Part shown: one piece after another, positions 44,653-54,559 of the stretch
Numbering within the stretch: the stretch's first letter is position 1
How the letters are laid out: every line of letters begins with the position of its first letter
Source of the DNA: Bacillota bacterium
GTDB taxonomy: Bacteria; Bacillota; Clostridia; Peptostreptococcales; Anaerovoracaceae
Assembly (NCBI GenBank): GCA_029101005.1
Contig: JAQXQE010000015.1
Span: 58,720-122,719, forward strand
DNA length: 64,000 bases
Reading direction: 5' to 3'
Notes under the pieces: generated by a model
Told to the model about the DNA's origin: nothing
Databases searched by the model: none
What the model saw: only the letters and a program-made list of their open reading frames with translations
Program-made: the position numbers and the translations under genes

Positions 44653-47600
44653 ATGAGAACTGACAGAGACCAGAGAACTGATAAGGAACAGGAGATTGAC
44701 GATTTTCTGTCCCAGTTCGACACGCCGCTGGATGACTTTACTACAGATATCAATTCATATCTGAACGATTCCACCTCAACTAAGTACACCGCTGCTAGAA
44801 CTTTCCATGGTGTATCCCCTGCTCCAGAGAGAGCTAATCGTACACCTGCTGCTAACACAGAGGTAAGATCTTCAGCAAGAGTTGCTGGTGGTAACGGTGG
44901 TAACGGTAATAATGGTAATGGCGGTAACAAAAGAAAGAAGGAGAAGCTTTCTAAGTCTGAAGCCAATGCTCAGAAGAAGGCCAAGAAGGCACAGCGCAAG
45001 CAGGCGCTCAAAGGTGCATCTCTCAAAGAAAGACTTCTTGCTCTCGTAGAGAGCCTTTTCCTCAAGGAGAATCCTAACTACGATCCAACTCAGGGTTCAC
45101 ACATTATCGTTAATGGCAAGAAGAGAAAGAATAAGCCGATGAGAATCAGTCTTAAGAAGATTATCAGAGACTGCTTCGTTGCTGGTTGCACAGTTGCTCT
45201 CGGCTGCTTCATCTACGCATTTGTTATCATCAGCCTCGCCCCAAAGGTTGATGCTGACGATATCTATGCAACAGTTGAGCAGAGTTCTGCTATTCTTGAT
45301 GATCAGGGTAAGCAGGTAGACACTATCTACTACACTCAGGACAGAAAGCTCATCAAGTATGCAGATTGTCCAGAAGACCTCGTTAATGCATTTGTAGCAA
45401 TCGAGGATAAGACTTTCTGGAATCACCACGGATTCAACTGGACACGTATGATTGGAGCTGTTCTTAAATCCCTCGTTGGTGGCGGCGGAATCAGTGGTAC
45501 CTCCACTATCACGCAGCAGTTGGCTCGTAACATATATCTGCCTGATACCAAGAGTGTTCGAAGTATCAAGCGTAAGATACTTGAGATGCACTACGCAAGC
45601 CAGATTGAGCGCTGTCTCTCGAAGGAAGAGATTATCGAAGCATATATGAACACCATCTACCTTGGTTTCGGTTGTTATGGTGTTGAAGCCGCTTCAAAGG
45701 CTTACTTCTCCAAGAGCGCTAAGGATCTGAGTCTCGTAGAGTGTGCTGCACTTGCATCTCTGCCACCTGCTCCAGAGGCATATGCACTTGTCAAGTATGC
45801 GGATGCAAGTACGCTTGCAGATAACACGGAGAACATCATCACACGTACACCAGAGACTTATATTGCTAACGACATTACTAAGGATCGTCGTGCCCTCACC
45901 CTCTACCTTATGAAGGATCAGGGATATATCAACGACAAGCAATATAACGAGAACAAGGATAAGGATCTTATTGATTTCATCAAGCCAACATTCAAGTCTG
46001 GCACAAGCACATATGCATACTTCCACGAGTATCTCATCGATGAAGTAATCAATGACCTCATGAAGAAGTATGACTACACATATGCAGAAGCAGAGAAGAT
46101 GGTATATACTGGAGGACTCCAGATCTACTCAACTCTTGACTCAACCGCCCAGAAGGTTATCGTCAAAGAGTTCAATGATTCAAGCAACTTCCCTGCCCTT
46201 GCTTACTACAGCACTGACAGCAATAAGAACATCATCACATCCTCCGGTTCAATACAGCTGTATGCATATAGCACATATTTCAACAGCGACAAGAGCTTCA
46301 CTATCAAGGAATCAGAGTGCACTGTTAATAGCGATGGCTCTGTAACAATCAAGCGTGGCAAGAGACTTAACATCTATACTACTGAGTACAACGGTATTAC
46401 TGATTACAGCCTCGAGTTCAAGCAGATGTACCTCACAGCTGATGGAACTTTCTACAGCATTCCAGGTGGATACATCAACATCCCAGCGGAGTACAAGTCA
46501 CTCGACAAGAACAACGATCTCGTAATTGCTGCTGAGTACTTCGACAACAACAACGGAATCATCAAGATTGCTGGTAATACTGTTGTAGTTACACAGGATG
46601 CGTACTCGCTTCAGCAGAAAGTAATTCAGCCACAGGCTGCTATGACTATCACAGATGTTGCAACAGGTCAGATTAAGGCTATGGTTGGTGGTAGAAAGAT
46701 GACTGGACAGAGACTCTATAACAGATGTATCTACCCTCGTCAGCCTGGTTCTTCAATCAAGCCACTTACTGTATACGCTGCTGCAATTCAGAAGAGCTGT
46801 GAGCTTGCTAACGATGGTAAGACATTCTCTTACACAAACTTCGGATATGATAAGCAGGGAACTAAAGGTTACGGTTCATATCTCACGGCTTCATCAGTAT
46901 TTGTCGATGAGCCAATGATTGTTAATGGACGTCAGTGGCCAAAGAACGCTGAAGGAGGATTCAGTGGAACTCAGACAATGAGAACTGCTCTGCAGCAGTC
47001 ACTCAATACATGTGCCGTTAAGTGTCAGGTACAGGTTGGTTCTGACTACTCAATTGATCTTCTTCAGAAGTTCGGAATCACAACAGCTGTAACTGCTAAG
47101 GATAATAACCAGACTAATGACGAGAATACTGCTGCTCTTGCTCTTGGTGGTATGGCAAGAGGAGTTACTCCACTCGACATGGCTGAGGCATATGCTGCCT
47201 TCCCTAACGGTGGAGTTAGAAACACACCTACTGCATACACTAAGGTTACAGACAGAAACGGCAAGGTAATACTTGAGTCAAAGTCTGAGCAGGTTCAGGT
47301 TCTTGATCCAGGTGTTGCTTGGATTATGGTAGATATGCTTCAGTCTGTAGTTACTCAGGGTATTGCAAGATCAGCTTACGGTAACGGCGTTCAGACTGGT
47401 GGTAAGACAGGAACAACATCAAACCAGTACGATATCTGGATGGATGGATTCACTCCAAGCTACTCTGCTTCACTTTGGATTGGTGTAGACTCAAACATCA
47501 AGCTGACATCAATGTCAGGTCCTGCATGCAGACTCTGGGGTAAGATTATCCGCCAGATTCCTGCAGCCAATAAGGGTTCATATAAGGGCCGTCCTTCTAA

Positions 47601-47943
47601 CGTTCTCAACGTTGCCGGCGAGTGGTACACATCTGGTACTGAGAAGGGTCGTTCGACATACATTGCTGACGAAGAGAAGAAGAAGGAAGAGGAAGAGAAG
47701 AAGAAGCAGGAGGAAGAGGAAAGACGCAGACAGGAAGAAGCTAACAGACTTCTCGTTGCTGCTGTAGACGCATACATTGCAGAGAATGAATGCACTCTTG
47801 AAGAGGCTTGTGCAGCATGTTCAACAACAGTAGATGCATATTATGCAGCTGGTGGAACATACGGACTATCAGAACAGAACAACCTCACTCCAATGACAAG
47901 ACTTAGTAACCTCTTCACCGTGCGAATGCTACTTCAGAACTAA
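44653..47943 (+). CDS. Class A penicillin-binding protein (PBP1A family, bifunctional glycosyltransferase/transpeptidase)
   Basis: GT51 motifs EDKTFWNHHGF and GTSTITQQLARN. Transpeptidase motifs SSIKP (SxxK), SLN (SxN) and KTGTT. N-terminal cytoplasmic tail plus TM helix; 1096 aa. Confidence 0.9.
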   Translation: MRTDRDQRTDKEQEIDDFLSQFDTPLDDFTTDINSYLNDSTSTKYTAARTFHGVSPAPERANRTPAANTEVRSSARVAGGNGGNGNNGNGGNKRKKEKLSKSEANAQKKAKKAQRKQALKGASLKERLLALVESLFLKENPNYDPTQGSHIIVNGKKRKNKPMRISLKKIIRDCFVAGCTVALGCFIYAFVIISLAPKVDADDIYATVEQSSAILDDQGKQVDTIYYTQDRKLIKYADCPEDLVNAFVAIEDKTFWNHHGFNWTRMIGAVLKSLVGGGGISGTSTITQQLARNIYLPDTKSVRSIKRKILEMHYASQIERCLSKEEIIEAYMNTIYLGFGCYGVEAASKAYFSKSAKDLSLVECAALASLPPAPEAYALVKYADASTLADNTENIITRTPETYIANDITKDRRALTLYLMKDQGYINDKQYNENKDKDLIDFIKPTFKSGTSTYAYFHEYLIDEVINDLMKKYDYTYAEAEKMVYTGGLQIYSTLDSTAQKVIVKEFNDSSNFPALAYYSTDSNKNIITSSGSIQLYAYSTYFNSDKSFTIKESECTVNSDGSVTIKRGKRLNIYTTEYNGITDYSLEFKQMYLTADGTFYSIPGGYINIPAEYKSLDKNNDLVIAAEYFDNNNGIIKIAGNTVVVTQDAYSLQQKVIQPQAAMTITDVATGQIKAMVGGRKMTGQRLYNRCIYPRQPGSSIKPLTVYAAAIQKSCELANDGKTFSYTNFGYDKQGTKGYGSYLTASSVFVDEPMIVNGRQWPKNAEGGFSGTQTMRTALQQSLNTCAVKCQVQVGSDYSIDLLQKFGITTAVTAKDNNQTNDENTAALALGGMARGVTPLDMAEAYAAFPNGGVRNTPTAYTKVTDRNGKVILESKSEQVQVLDPGVAWIMVDMLQSVVTQGIARSAYGNGVQTGGKTGTTSNQYDIWMDGFTPSYSASLWIGVDSNIKLTSMSGPACRLWGKIIRQIPAANKGSYKGRPSNVLNVAGEWYTSGTEKGRSTYIADEEKKKEEEEKKKQEEEERRRQEEANRLLVAAVDAYIAENECTLEEACAACSTTVDAYYAAGGTYGLSEQNNLTPMTRLSNLFTVRMLLQN

Positions 47944-47952
47944 TAGAAATAC

Positions 47953-47985
47953 GGGTGGTGCAAGATATTGCACCACCCTTTTCTT
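47953..47985 (+). terminator. PBP1A gene terminator
   Basis: GGGTGGTGCA-agatat-TGCACCACCC followed by TTTTCTT. Confidence 0.85.
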
Positions 47986-48123
47986 ATGTCTACTAAATAC
48001 TGTATATTCAACACAACTTTGTCAAAAAATTATCAATGCAAAAATCACAAAGAAATTCTTGTGTAAATGTCAAAATAGACGAAAAAAAAACCAATTTTGA
48101 TGATTTTGTGAAGCCTCTTCATA

Positions 48124-48152
48124 TTGACATCACATATGTCTAAGAGTAATAT
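48124..48152 (+). promoter_or_regulatory. Promoter of the SNF transporter gene
   Basis: TTGACA (48124-48129), a 17-nt spacer, TAATAT (48147-48152). Confidence 0.55.
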
Positions 48153-48204
48153 TTAGAATGTGTTAGGACGATTAATTCGTTTATTATGTATGGAGGTATT
48201 ACTA

Positions 48205-49599
48205 ATGGAAAACAACAACAATCAGTTTAATTCGAATTTCGGATTCCTGATGGCTTGTCTGGGTTCAGCTGTAGGTCTTGGTAACCTGTGGTCATTCCCT
48301 TACAAGCTCGGAGTTGCTGGTGGATTCGCATTCCTTATGATCTACGTAATCCTTTGCGTAGTAGTTGGATACCCACTCGTAATTTCAGAAATCGCTCTTG
48401 GTAGAAAGGCTCAGAAGGCTGCTGTAGAGGCTTATGCTTCAGTACACAAGGCATTCAAGTTCAACGGTGTTCTTCAGACAGCTGTTCCTTTCCTTCTGAT
48501 CTGCTTCTACTGCACATTCGGTGGATACATCTGCAAGTACCTGGTCGCTTCAGTTGCTGGTCTTAGCGGAAATGCTACAATCAACACAATTGATCCTGGT
48601 GCATACTTCGCAGAGAACCTGCTCTCAAACGGTGGTACAGCACTGATCTGGACTGTAGGATTCCTTGCTCTTACAATGATCATCGTATTCGGCGGAGTTT
48701 CCGGCGGAATCGAGAAGTTCTGTAAGATTGCTATGCCTGCACTCTTCATTATGCTCGTCATCATCGTAATCAGAGCTTGCACACTCCCAGGAGCTGGCGC
48801 TGGACTCGCATTCCTCTTCAAGCCAGACCTCTCAGGAATGAGCACACTCGGTGGATTCTTCGAGACACTGAAGCTTGCTGGTGGACAGATGTTCTTCTCA
48901 CTCTCACTCTGCTCAGGTTGCCTTATCGCTTACGGTGCTTACCTCAGCAAGTCAGAGAACCTTGAGAAGGATGCTGTATTCATCGTAGTCGGTGACTCAC
49001 TCGTAGCTATCCTTGCTGGTATGGCTATCATGCCTGCTGTATTCGCTAACGGCATCGAGCCAGGCGCTGGCCCAGGACTCCTCTTCATCTCAATGACTGC
49101 TGTATTCCAGGGTCTTGGTGTTGCAGGAAGAATCTTCCAGCTCCTCTTCTGGCTCCTCGTATTCTTCGCAGCTCTCTCATCATCAATCGGTATGATGGAG
49201 GCTGGTATCGCTGCTATCATGGATGCAAGAGTTAAGGCTGGTAAGGCTGCTAACAGAGTTGGTGTAACTTGCCTCATGGGTCTTGTTGCTCTCGTTGGTA
49301 ACGCACTCACAACTCTTGACTGCCTTGGAGCTGCAGATACAGTTGCATGGTTCCACCTCCTCGGACAGCCAGATGTACTCGACGTTTGGGATGCTCTTGC
49401 TGAGGGAATCCTGATGCCACTCACAGGTTTCATCATGTCAATCCTTCTTGGTTGGGTTGTTCCACACTACATCGATGACGAGGTAGAGTGCGGCGGTTCA
49501 TTCAAGTCAAGAGGACTGTACAACGTATGCATCAAGTGGATCGGACCTGTATTCATGGCAATGATCGTTTGGGGTCAGCTGACATCATTCTGGGGCTAA
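48205..49599 (+). CDS. Sodium-dependent transporter, SNF (neurotransmitter:sodium symporter) family
   Basis: The GLGNLWSFPYK signature is near the N-terminus and there are about 11-12 TM helices. The start is set at ATG 48205 (GGAGG 8 nt upstream) rather than the track start 48160. Confidence 0.88.
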   Translation: MENNNNQFNSNFGFLMACLGSAVGLGNLWSFPYKLGVAGGFAFLMIYVILCVVVGYPLVISEIALGRKAQKAAVEAYASVHKAFKFNGVLQTAVPFLLICFYCTFGGYICKYLVASVAGLSGNATINTIDPGAYFAENLLSNGGTALIWTVGFLALTMIIVFGGVSGGIEKFCKIAMPALFIMLVIIVIRACTLPGAGAGLAFLFKPDLSGMSTLGGFFETLKLAGGQMFFSLSLCSGCLIAYGAYLSKSENLEKDAVFIVVGDSLVAILAGMAIMPAVFANGIEPGAGPGLLFISMTAVFQGLGVAGRIFQLLFWLLVFFAALSSSIGMMEAGIAAIMDARVKAGKAANRVGVTCLMGLVALVGNALTTLDCLGAADTVAWFHLLGQPDVLDVWDALAEGILMPLTGFIMSILLGWVVPHYIDDEVECGGSFKSRGLYNVCIKWIGPVFMAMIVWGQLTSFWG

Positions 49600-49654
49600 T
49601 ATATAATCCAATTTAGTTTCCAGTTTCAAAATCAGTCATAACACATTTCGAGAG

Positions 49655-49684
49655 AACCTGGTCGCAAGACCGGGTTTTCTTATG
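49655..49684 (+). terminator. SNF transporter gene terminator
   Basis: AACCTGGTC-gcaa-GACCGGGTT followed by TTCTTAT. Confidence 0.65.
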
Positions 49685-49708
49685 CTCTATTTCTCAAAGA
49701 ATGGAAGA

Positions 49709-49749
49709 CAAAAGAAAGAACACATCCCAGCCATAGGCTGAGATGTGTT
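49709..49749 (-). terminator. NUDIX gene terminator
   Basis: The minus strand reads AACACATCTCAGCC-tat-GGCTGGGATGTGTT followed by CTTTCTTTTG. Confidence 0.65.
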
Positions 49750-49777
49750 TATATCTTTGCAATAATTTCAATTGGAA

Positions 49778-50233
49778 TTATATCGCTGTGCACTCCACTA
49801 ATCTATCACTTTCGTAGCGAAGCGTCAGTTCGAACCCTTCAGCGCCTGCACCCATAAGCTCGAGAAAGCATTTATCTCCCTCCCAGAGCTTCAAATCACT
49901 TACTGACGCAATAGGTATCCACTTAAGTTCTCCCTCATCGCAAATCGAAGATAATTGCCCTTCATAGCTATATCCAGAATACAGGTACATATCCTCATCA
50001 TCCCAGATATCAGATATGAAGTGGACAAGGCCTCTGAATTTGTAGTCCGTCAGAGTCAGTCCAGTTTCTTCCAGGACTTCTCTTACAACGCACTGATCAG
50101 GAGTTTCCCCCTCTTCTATTCCACCACCAATGCCGACCCATTTGCCTTCGTTAGGATCATTCTCCTTCTTATTGCGATATAGCATAAGATACTGCCCATC
50201 TTTCTCAATGTAGCATAATGTCGTCTTTCTCAT
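49778..50233 (-). CDS. NUDIX hydrolase (MutT-like)
   Basis: Nudix box GGGIEEGETPDQCVVREVLEETGL. Confidence 0.8.
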   Translation of the reverse strand: MRKTTLCYIEKDGQYLMLYRNKKENDPNEGKWVGIGGGIEEGETPDQCVVREVLEETGLTLTDYKFRGLVHFISDIWDDEDMYLYSGYSYEGQLSSICDEGELKWIPIASVSDLKLWEGDKCFLELMGAGAEGFELTLRYESDRLVECTAI

Positions 50234-50256
50234 AGAAACACCTTGTTATTATGCAA

Positions 50257-51579
50257 CTACTGAGCCTTCCTATTATGGAAGAAGATAATGAATACGAGAG
50301 TACTTAACAATAAGAACATTGGATAGAATAAGAATCCAATAACATTGAATGCCGATATGTTTGCTCCAAGAGTTGCCGAAGCTGATAATGCGATAAGCAT
50401 CTGCGCACCATATGGAAGCACACCCTGTGAAACACAAGAGAAAGTATCAAGAATTGAAGCCGCTCTTCTATTTGAAATTCCATACTGCTCAGACATCTCT
50501 GTTGCAATTGGATTTGCGATTACGATAGCAACAGTGTTGTTAGCTGTAGCAATATCAAGAAGGAGAACAAGAATACCCATACCAATCTGTCCACCCTTCT
50601 CTCCCTTAAAGATCTTATACAGACCATTAAGTAAAGCTTCAAATCCGCCATTATTTCTTACCAGTGCACATATTGCAGAAACGAGTACCGCAACCATAAT
50701 TGTCTCGAACATTCCAGCCGCACCAGCCCCCATACTTCCTATCATATCTACAGCTGTAGTTGCTCCTGTTGCAAGCATAATAACTGCGCCTGAAATAATT
50801 CCGAGCAGAAGAACAATCAGAACATTGATTCCGATTATTCCTCCTCCAAGAACGATGATATATGGGACAATCTGAATCAGGTTATATGCAGGAATATCGT
50901 AGTCTGCAATCTGAGTTCGCATTGAGACTGCAGTAATAATAATCAGCGTAAGAATTGCCGCTGGAACAGCAATCTTGAAGTTCTCTCTGAACTTGTCTTT
51001 CATCTGGCAGCCTTGACCCTGACAAGCCGCAATAGTGGTGTCAGAGATGAATGACAGATTATCACCAAACATTGCACCACCGATGATTGTTGCAACACAG
51101 AGTGGTACAGATAGGCCAGTAGCCTGTGCAAGTGATACGCCAATTGGAACAATAAGTGTAATAGTTCCTACTGATGTTCCCATTGAAATTGATACCAGAC
51201 ATGCAATAAGGAATAATACTGGAACTACAAACTGCGCAGGAAAGATTGAAAGCAGGCAATATGCTACACTCTGCGCACTTCCTCTTCCAACAACACCTAC
51301 AAATATACCAGCCTCTAGGAAGATTAAGATCATGATGACAATAGTCTTATCACCGATTCCTCTTCCCATAAGTGTAAGCTGATCATCGAATGTAATATCC
51401 TTGCTCTGGAACATTGCAACCATAAGCGCTATTCCAAATACTACAATAATTGGAACGTTATAGAAGCCCATTTCAATCTTCATAACATACTCGAAAATAA
51501 TTCCGAGCCCAAGATAAAGCACTACAAATACGCCTATAGGGAGCAGTGCCTTCGCATTAGCTTTTTTCTTTTCGATCAT
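50257..51579 (-). CDS. Na+/H+ antiporter NhaC-family membrane protein
   Basis: 440 aa polytopic protein. Overall similarity to NhaC-type antiporters is from recollection, with no diagnostic motif. Confidence 0.7.
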   Translation of the reverse strand: MIEKKKANAKALLPIGVFVVLYLGLGIIFEYVMKIEMGFYNVPIIVVFGIALMVAMFQSKDITFDDQLTLMGRGIGDKTIVIMILIFLEAGIFVGVVGRGSAQSVAYCLLSIFPAQFVVPVLFLIACLVSISMGTSVGTITLIVPIGVSLAQATGLSVPLCVATIIGGAMFGDNLSFISDTTIAACQGQGCQMKDKFRENFKIAVPAAILTLIIITAVSMRTQIADYDIPAYNLIQIVPYIIVLGGGIIGINVLIVLLLGIISGAVIMLATGATTAVDMIGSMGAGAAGMFETIMVAVLVSAICALVRNNGGFEALLNGLYKIFKGEKGGQIGMGILVLLLDIATANNTVAIVIANPIATEMSEQYGISNRRAASILDTFSCVSQGVLPYGAQMLIALSASATLGANISAFNVIGFLFYPMFLLLSTLVFIIFFHNRKAQ

Positions 51580-51595
51580 TTCTTCTCCTTACTTT

Positions 51596-52744
51596 CTAAA
51601 CTCCGAATAATTCAGTTGTATGTAACATTCTATCTGCAATCGAAACATCAAACGGACATCTCGTTTCGCATTCTTTACATCCAATACAGTCAGATGCTGT
51701 ACTGCCTAACGACAGATAATGATCTCTAACCGTAGCAGGTATCTCTGGCTGCATAACAGCCAAATCATAGAACTTATTAATCATCGCAATATCGAGTCCC
51801 ACAACACAAGGTTTGCAGTGACCGCAATATGTGCACTGACCTTTATATGAATGATTTGGAGCATTTGCAAGTACGCTCGCATAATCTCTGTCGGCCGTAC
51901 TTGCAGTTTCGTATGCAACAGCATCATCCACCTGCGAAGTTGTATCATAACCGCACATTATCGAAGCAACGGCTGGTTTTGTAAGAGCATAGTGGATACA
52001 CTGAACGGGAGTCATAGCGACACCGAACGGCGATAGCTTCTCATCAAAGAGTCTTCCTCCAAAGTAGCCCTTCATTACAGTAATAGCCTTATTATTGCGC
52101 TCACAAAGCTGATATAACTCCATTCTCTCCTTCTCAATACCAGCAAGCCCGCTCTCGTAATGGTCAGCCTCGAACATTAGCTCCATATTCTCGTTAGCAG
52201 GAAGCATGTCGAAAGCTGGATTAATACTGAACATAATCAGCTCAATGAAATCCGTCTCAGCTGCAAGCTTTGCAATCTGCGGATTATGGGTACTCATACC
52301 GATGTGTCTGATTACACCATCAGCATGAAGCTTCTTTACATATTCAAAGTAATCAGACTCAAGAATTCTGTTCCACTCATCCACATAGTCAATATAGTGC
52401 ATCATTCCAATGTCAATATAGTCTGTTCGAAGCCTTGCAAGAAGATCTTCAAACGCAGGCTTAACAAACGCCATATCGCGAGTTCTCACATACTGCTCAT
52501 CCTGCCAAGTCGGACCGATATGTCCCTGAATAATCCACTCGTCTCTGCAGTCATATATCGCTTCGCCTACCACATCCCTTGAATGCGGATCAGGCATCCA
52601 GCAGTCGATTATATTAATCCCTTTAGAATGCGCATATCTAACGAGCTCAACGCCCTCTTCAAAGCTGTGTCTGTCGAGCCATTCAGCACCGAAGCCAATC
52701 TCGCTCACCTTAAGCCCAGTCATACCCAGAACTCTGTAATTCAT
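51596..52744 (-). CDS. Aldo/keto reductase fused to a C-terminal 2x[4Fe-4S]-type Cys domain
   Basis: AKR N-terminus (YRVLGMTGLKVSEIGFG). C-terminal CTYCGHCKPC and CIGCKECETRCP clusters. ATG 52744 follows AAGAGGTG; the track GTG start lies inside the SD. Confidence 0.8.
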   Translation of the reverse strand: MNYRVLGMTGLKVSEIGFGAEWLDRHSFEEGVELVRYAHSKGINIIDCWMPDPHSRDVVGEAIYDCRDEWIIQGHIGPTWQDEQYVRTRDMAFVKPAFEDLLARLRTDYIDIGMMHYIDYVDEWNRILESDYFEYVKKLHADGVIRHIGMSTHNPQIAKLAAETDFIELIMFSINPAFDMLPANENMELMFEADHYESGLAGIEKERMELYQLCERNNKAITVMKGYFGGRLFDEKLSPFGVAMTPVQCIHYALTKPAVASIMCGYDTTSQVDDAVAYETASTADRDYASVLANAPNHSYKGQCTYCGHCKPCVVGLDIAMINKFYDLAVMQPEIPATVRDHYLSLGSTASDCIGCKECETRCPFDVSIADRMLHTTELFGV

Positions 52745-52763
52745 AAGCACCTCTTTTCAACAT

Positions 52764-53879
52764 CTATACGATAACATTATATGCGGCAACAAGCACTGCC
52801 AGGAAGAGTAGATTAGCCGCAGTGAATACGATAAAAAAGCGTCCCGTCTGTGCACCAGCTTCCTCTGCGTACAGTTTGTAGGAGATGAGGCTCGCCATAG
52901 ATGCGATAAGTGTGCCAAGTCCTCCGAAGTTAACGCCGAGGATCAGATTAGTGAGATTATCCGAGAATCCAGATAGCAGAAGCGAAGCCGGCACATTGCT
53001 TATGCCCTGACTCACAATTACTCCTGTCATAAGTTCATGACCTGCGACAACAGACTCAAGGCCCTGAGAAATTGCAGGGATATTGCTCATATTACCAGTA
53101 AATATGAAGAAGCCTGCAAATGTCAACAGCAGAGAGTAATCAACCTTGCCAAGTGTGCTTCTGTGACACATAAGTGATACAGCAAGCACAGCTACAACCA
53201 GAATACTGCATGGAAGGATCCGCAGCACAACAAGAATAGCTACGATGAAGCAAATTGCATCCAGAACAAGAGAGAATCCACCATCAATCTCCTCAGAAGA
53301 ATCAATGTCAGAATCAATCTTCTTGCTTCTTCCCTTGAGGAAGAATATGCATACGGCAAGTAATACACCAGATATTACTGTATATGGCGCAACGAGAGCC
53401 ACAAATGACCCAAATTCAATATCTGACAAACCGTACAGATATAGATTCTGAGGATTACCTATAGGCGTCATCATACTGCCGAGATTAGCTGCGATTGTCT
53501 GCAGCACGATTACTGGAATCATGAGGTCAGATCTATCGCAGTGCTTGAGAATCATTATTGTAAATGGCACAAAGGTTATGAGTGCCACATCGTTAGTGAT
53601 AAACATACTGCTGAAGAAGCATAGGAATATCAATACAGCAGCAAGCTGCCAGATGTACTCTGTGCGCTTGAGAAGGCTTTGACCTATTACTTCGAAAGCA
53701 TTTCTGTCTCGGAATGCCTGAACGATAACCATAAGACTCCAGAGAATAGCAAGCGTTCTGAAGTCAATATATTCGATGTACTCTGCTGATGGATGTACGA
53801 CAAAAGCGGATGCTATTGCTAGCATCCACGCTATACAGAGTACAATATCTTTCTTCATCAACTCAACAACTGACTTCAA
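52764..53879 (-). CDS. Anion permease of the ArsB/NhaD (YbiR/CitMHS-like) superfamily
   Basis: 371 aa polytopic membrane protein with the general architecture of the family. It has a TTG start 8 nt after GGAG; an alternative is ATG 53858. Confidence 0.6.
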   Translation of the reverse strand: MKSVVELMKKDIVLCIAWMLAIASAFVVHPSAEYIEYIDFRTLAILWSLMVIVQAFRDRNAFEVIGQSLLKRTEYIWQLAAVLIFLCFFSSMFITNDVALITFVPFTIMILKHCDRSDLMIPVIVLQTIAANLGSMMTPIGNPQNLYLYGLSDIEFGSFVALVAPYTVISGVLLAVCIFFLKGRSKKIDSDIDSSEEIDGGFSLVLDAICFIVAILVVLRILPCSILVVAVLAVSLMCHRSTLGKVDYSLLLTFAGFFIFTGNMSNIPAISQGLESVVAGHELMTGVIVSQGISNVPASLLLSGFSDNLTNLILGVNFGGLGTLIASMASLISYKLYAEEAGAQTGRFFIVFTAANLLFLAVLVAAYNVIV

Positions 53880-53883
53880 TTCC

Positions 53884-54291
53884 CTACTCCGCTTTCTTTA
53901 CATTAGTATCGATGCTCTTACCGAACACAACAAAGCGCTGATAGAGGAACTCTGTACAGAGATTGAGTCCCATATTCATAAGTGTTACGAGATACTCATT
54001 CCAGCCAAGTCCTGTGAGAAAGCGAACCAGCAATGTTGAGCAAGGTGTGAATACGCAGTAGTATGCGAACACCTTGAGCATAGCAACTGGAACATTAGCC
54101 GCAGACTTGAATGTGAACTTCCTGTTCAGCGTGAAGTTCCAGAGAACTGAACAGATCAGAGCACAGAGATAAGATATCCAATACTCGAGATGCAGTGTCT
54201 CATTGAGAAGAGCAAACACGAGCAGTTCAATAATGCCCGCACTTGCTGAGAAGAAAAAGAACTTGACAGCTCTAATTACTTCCTTATTCAT
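53884..54291 (-). CDS. GtrA-family membrane protein
   Basis: 135 aa, 4 TM, with a KFFFFSASAGIIELLVFALL N-terminal block typical of GtrA-like proteins. Confidence 0.75.
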   Translation of the reverse strand: MNKEVIRAVKFFFFSASAGIIELLVFALLNETLHLEYWISYLCALICSVLWNFTLNRKFTFKSAANVPVAMLKVFAYYCVFTPCSTLLVRFLTGLGWNEYLVTLMNMGLNLCTEFLYQRFVVFGKSIDTNVKKAE

Positions 54292-54325
54292 TGATTATTC
54301 CCCTTTTATCTAAATTTCCTCAAGC

Positions 54326-54353
54326 ATTATATCACAAATGTCATAGAGGTCAA
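54326..54353 (-). promoter_or_regulatory. Promoter of the gtrA-permease-AKR-nhaC-NUDIX block
   Basis: On the minus strand: TTGACC, a 16-nt spacer, then TGATATAAT (extended -10). Confidence 0.55.
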
Positions 54354-54559
54354 TTATCGAGGATATCTGTTCTATTTCGCAGCTAGAGCGAGCAATTTCT
54401 TATCACTTTGAATCGCATGTGTGATAAATTTGCCGTCTCATCTGGAATATATTCTATGAAGCATTTGCCGCGCTCGACGCTTCTGTAGAATACCAGACCT
54501 TCATCGGCAGTGCACCATCGGTCTCGTCTCGTCTTAATTGCCTGATCATAATTCTCCAT

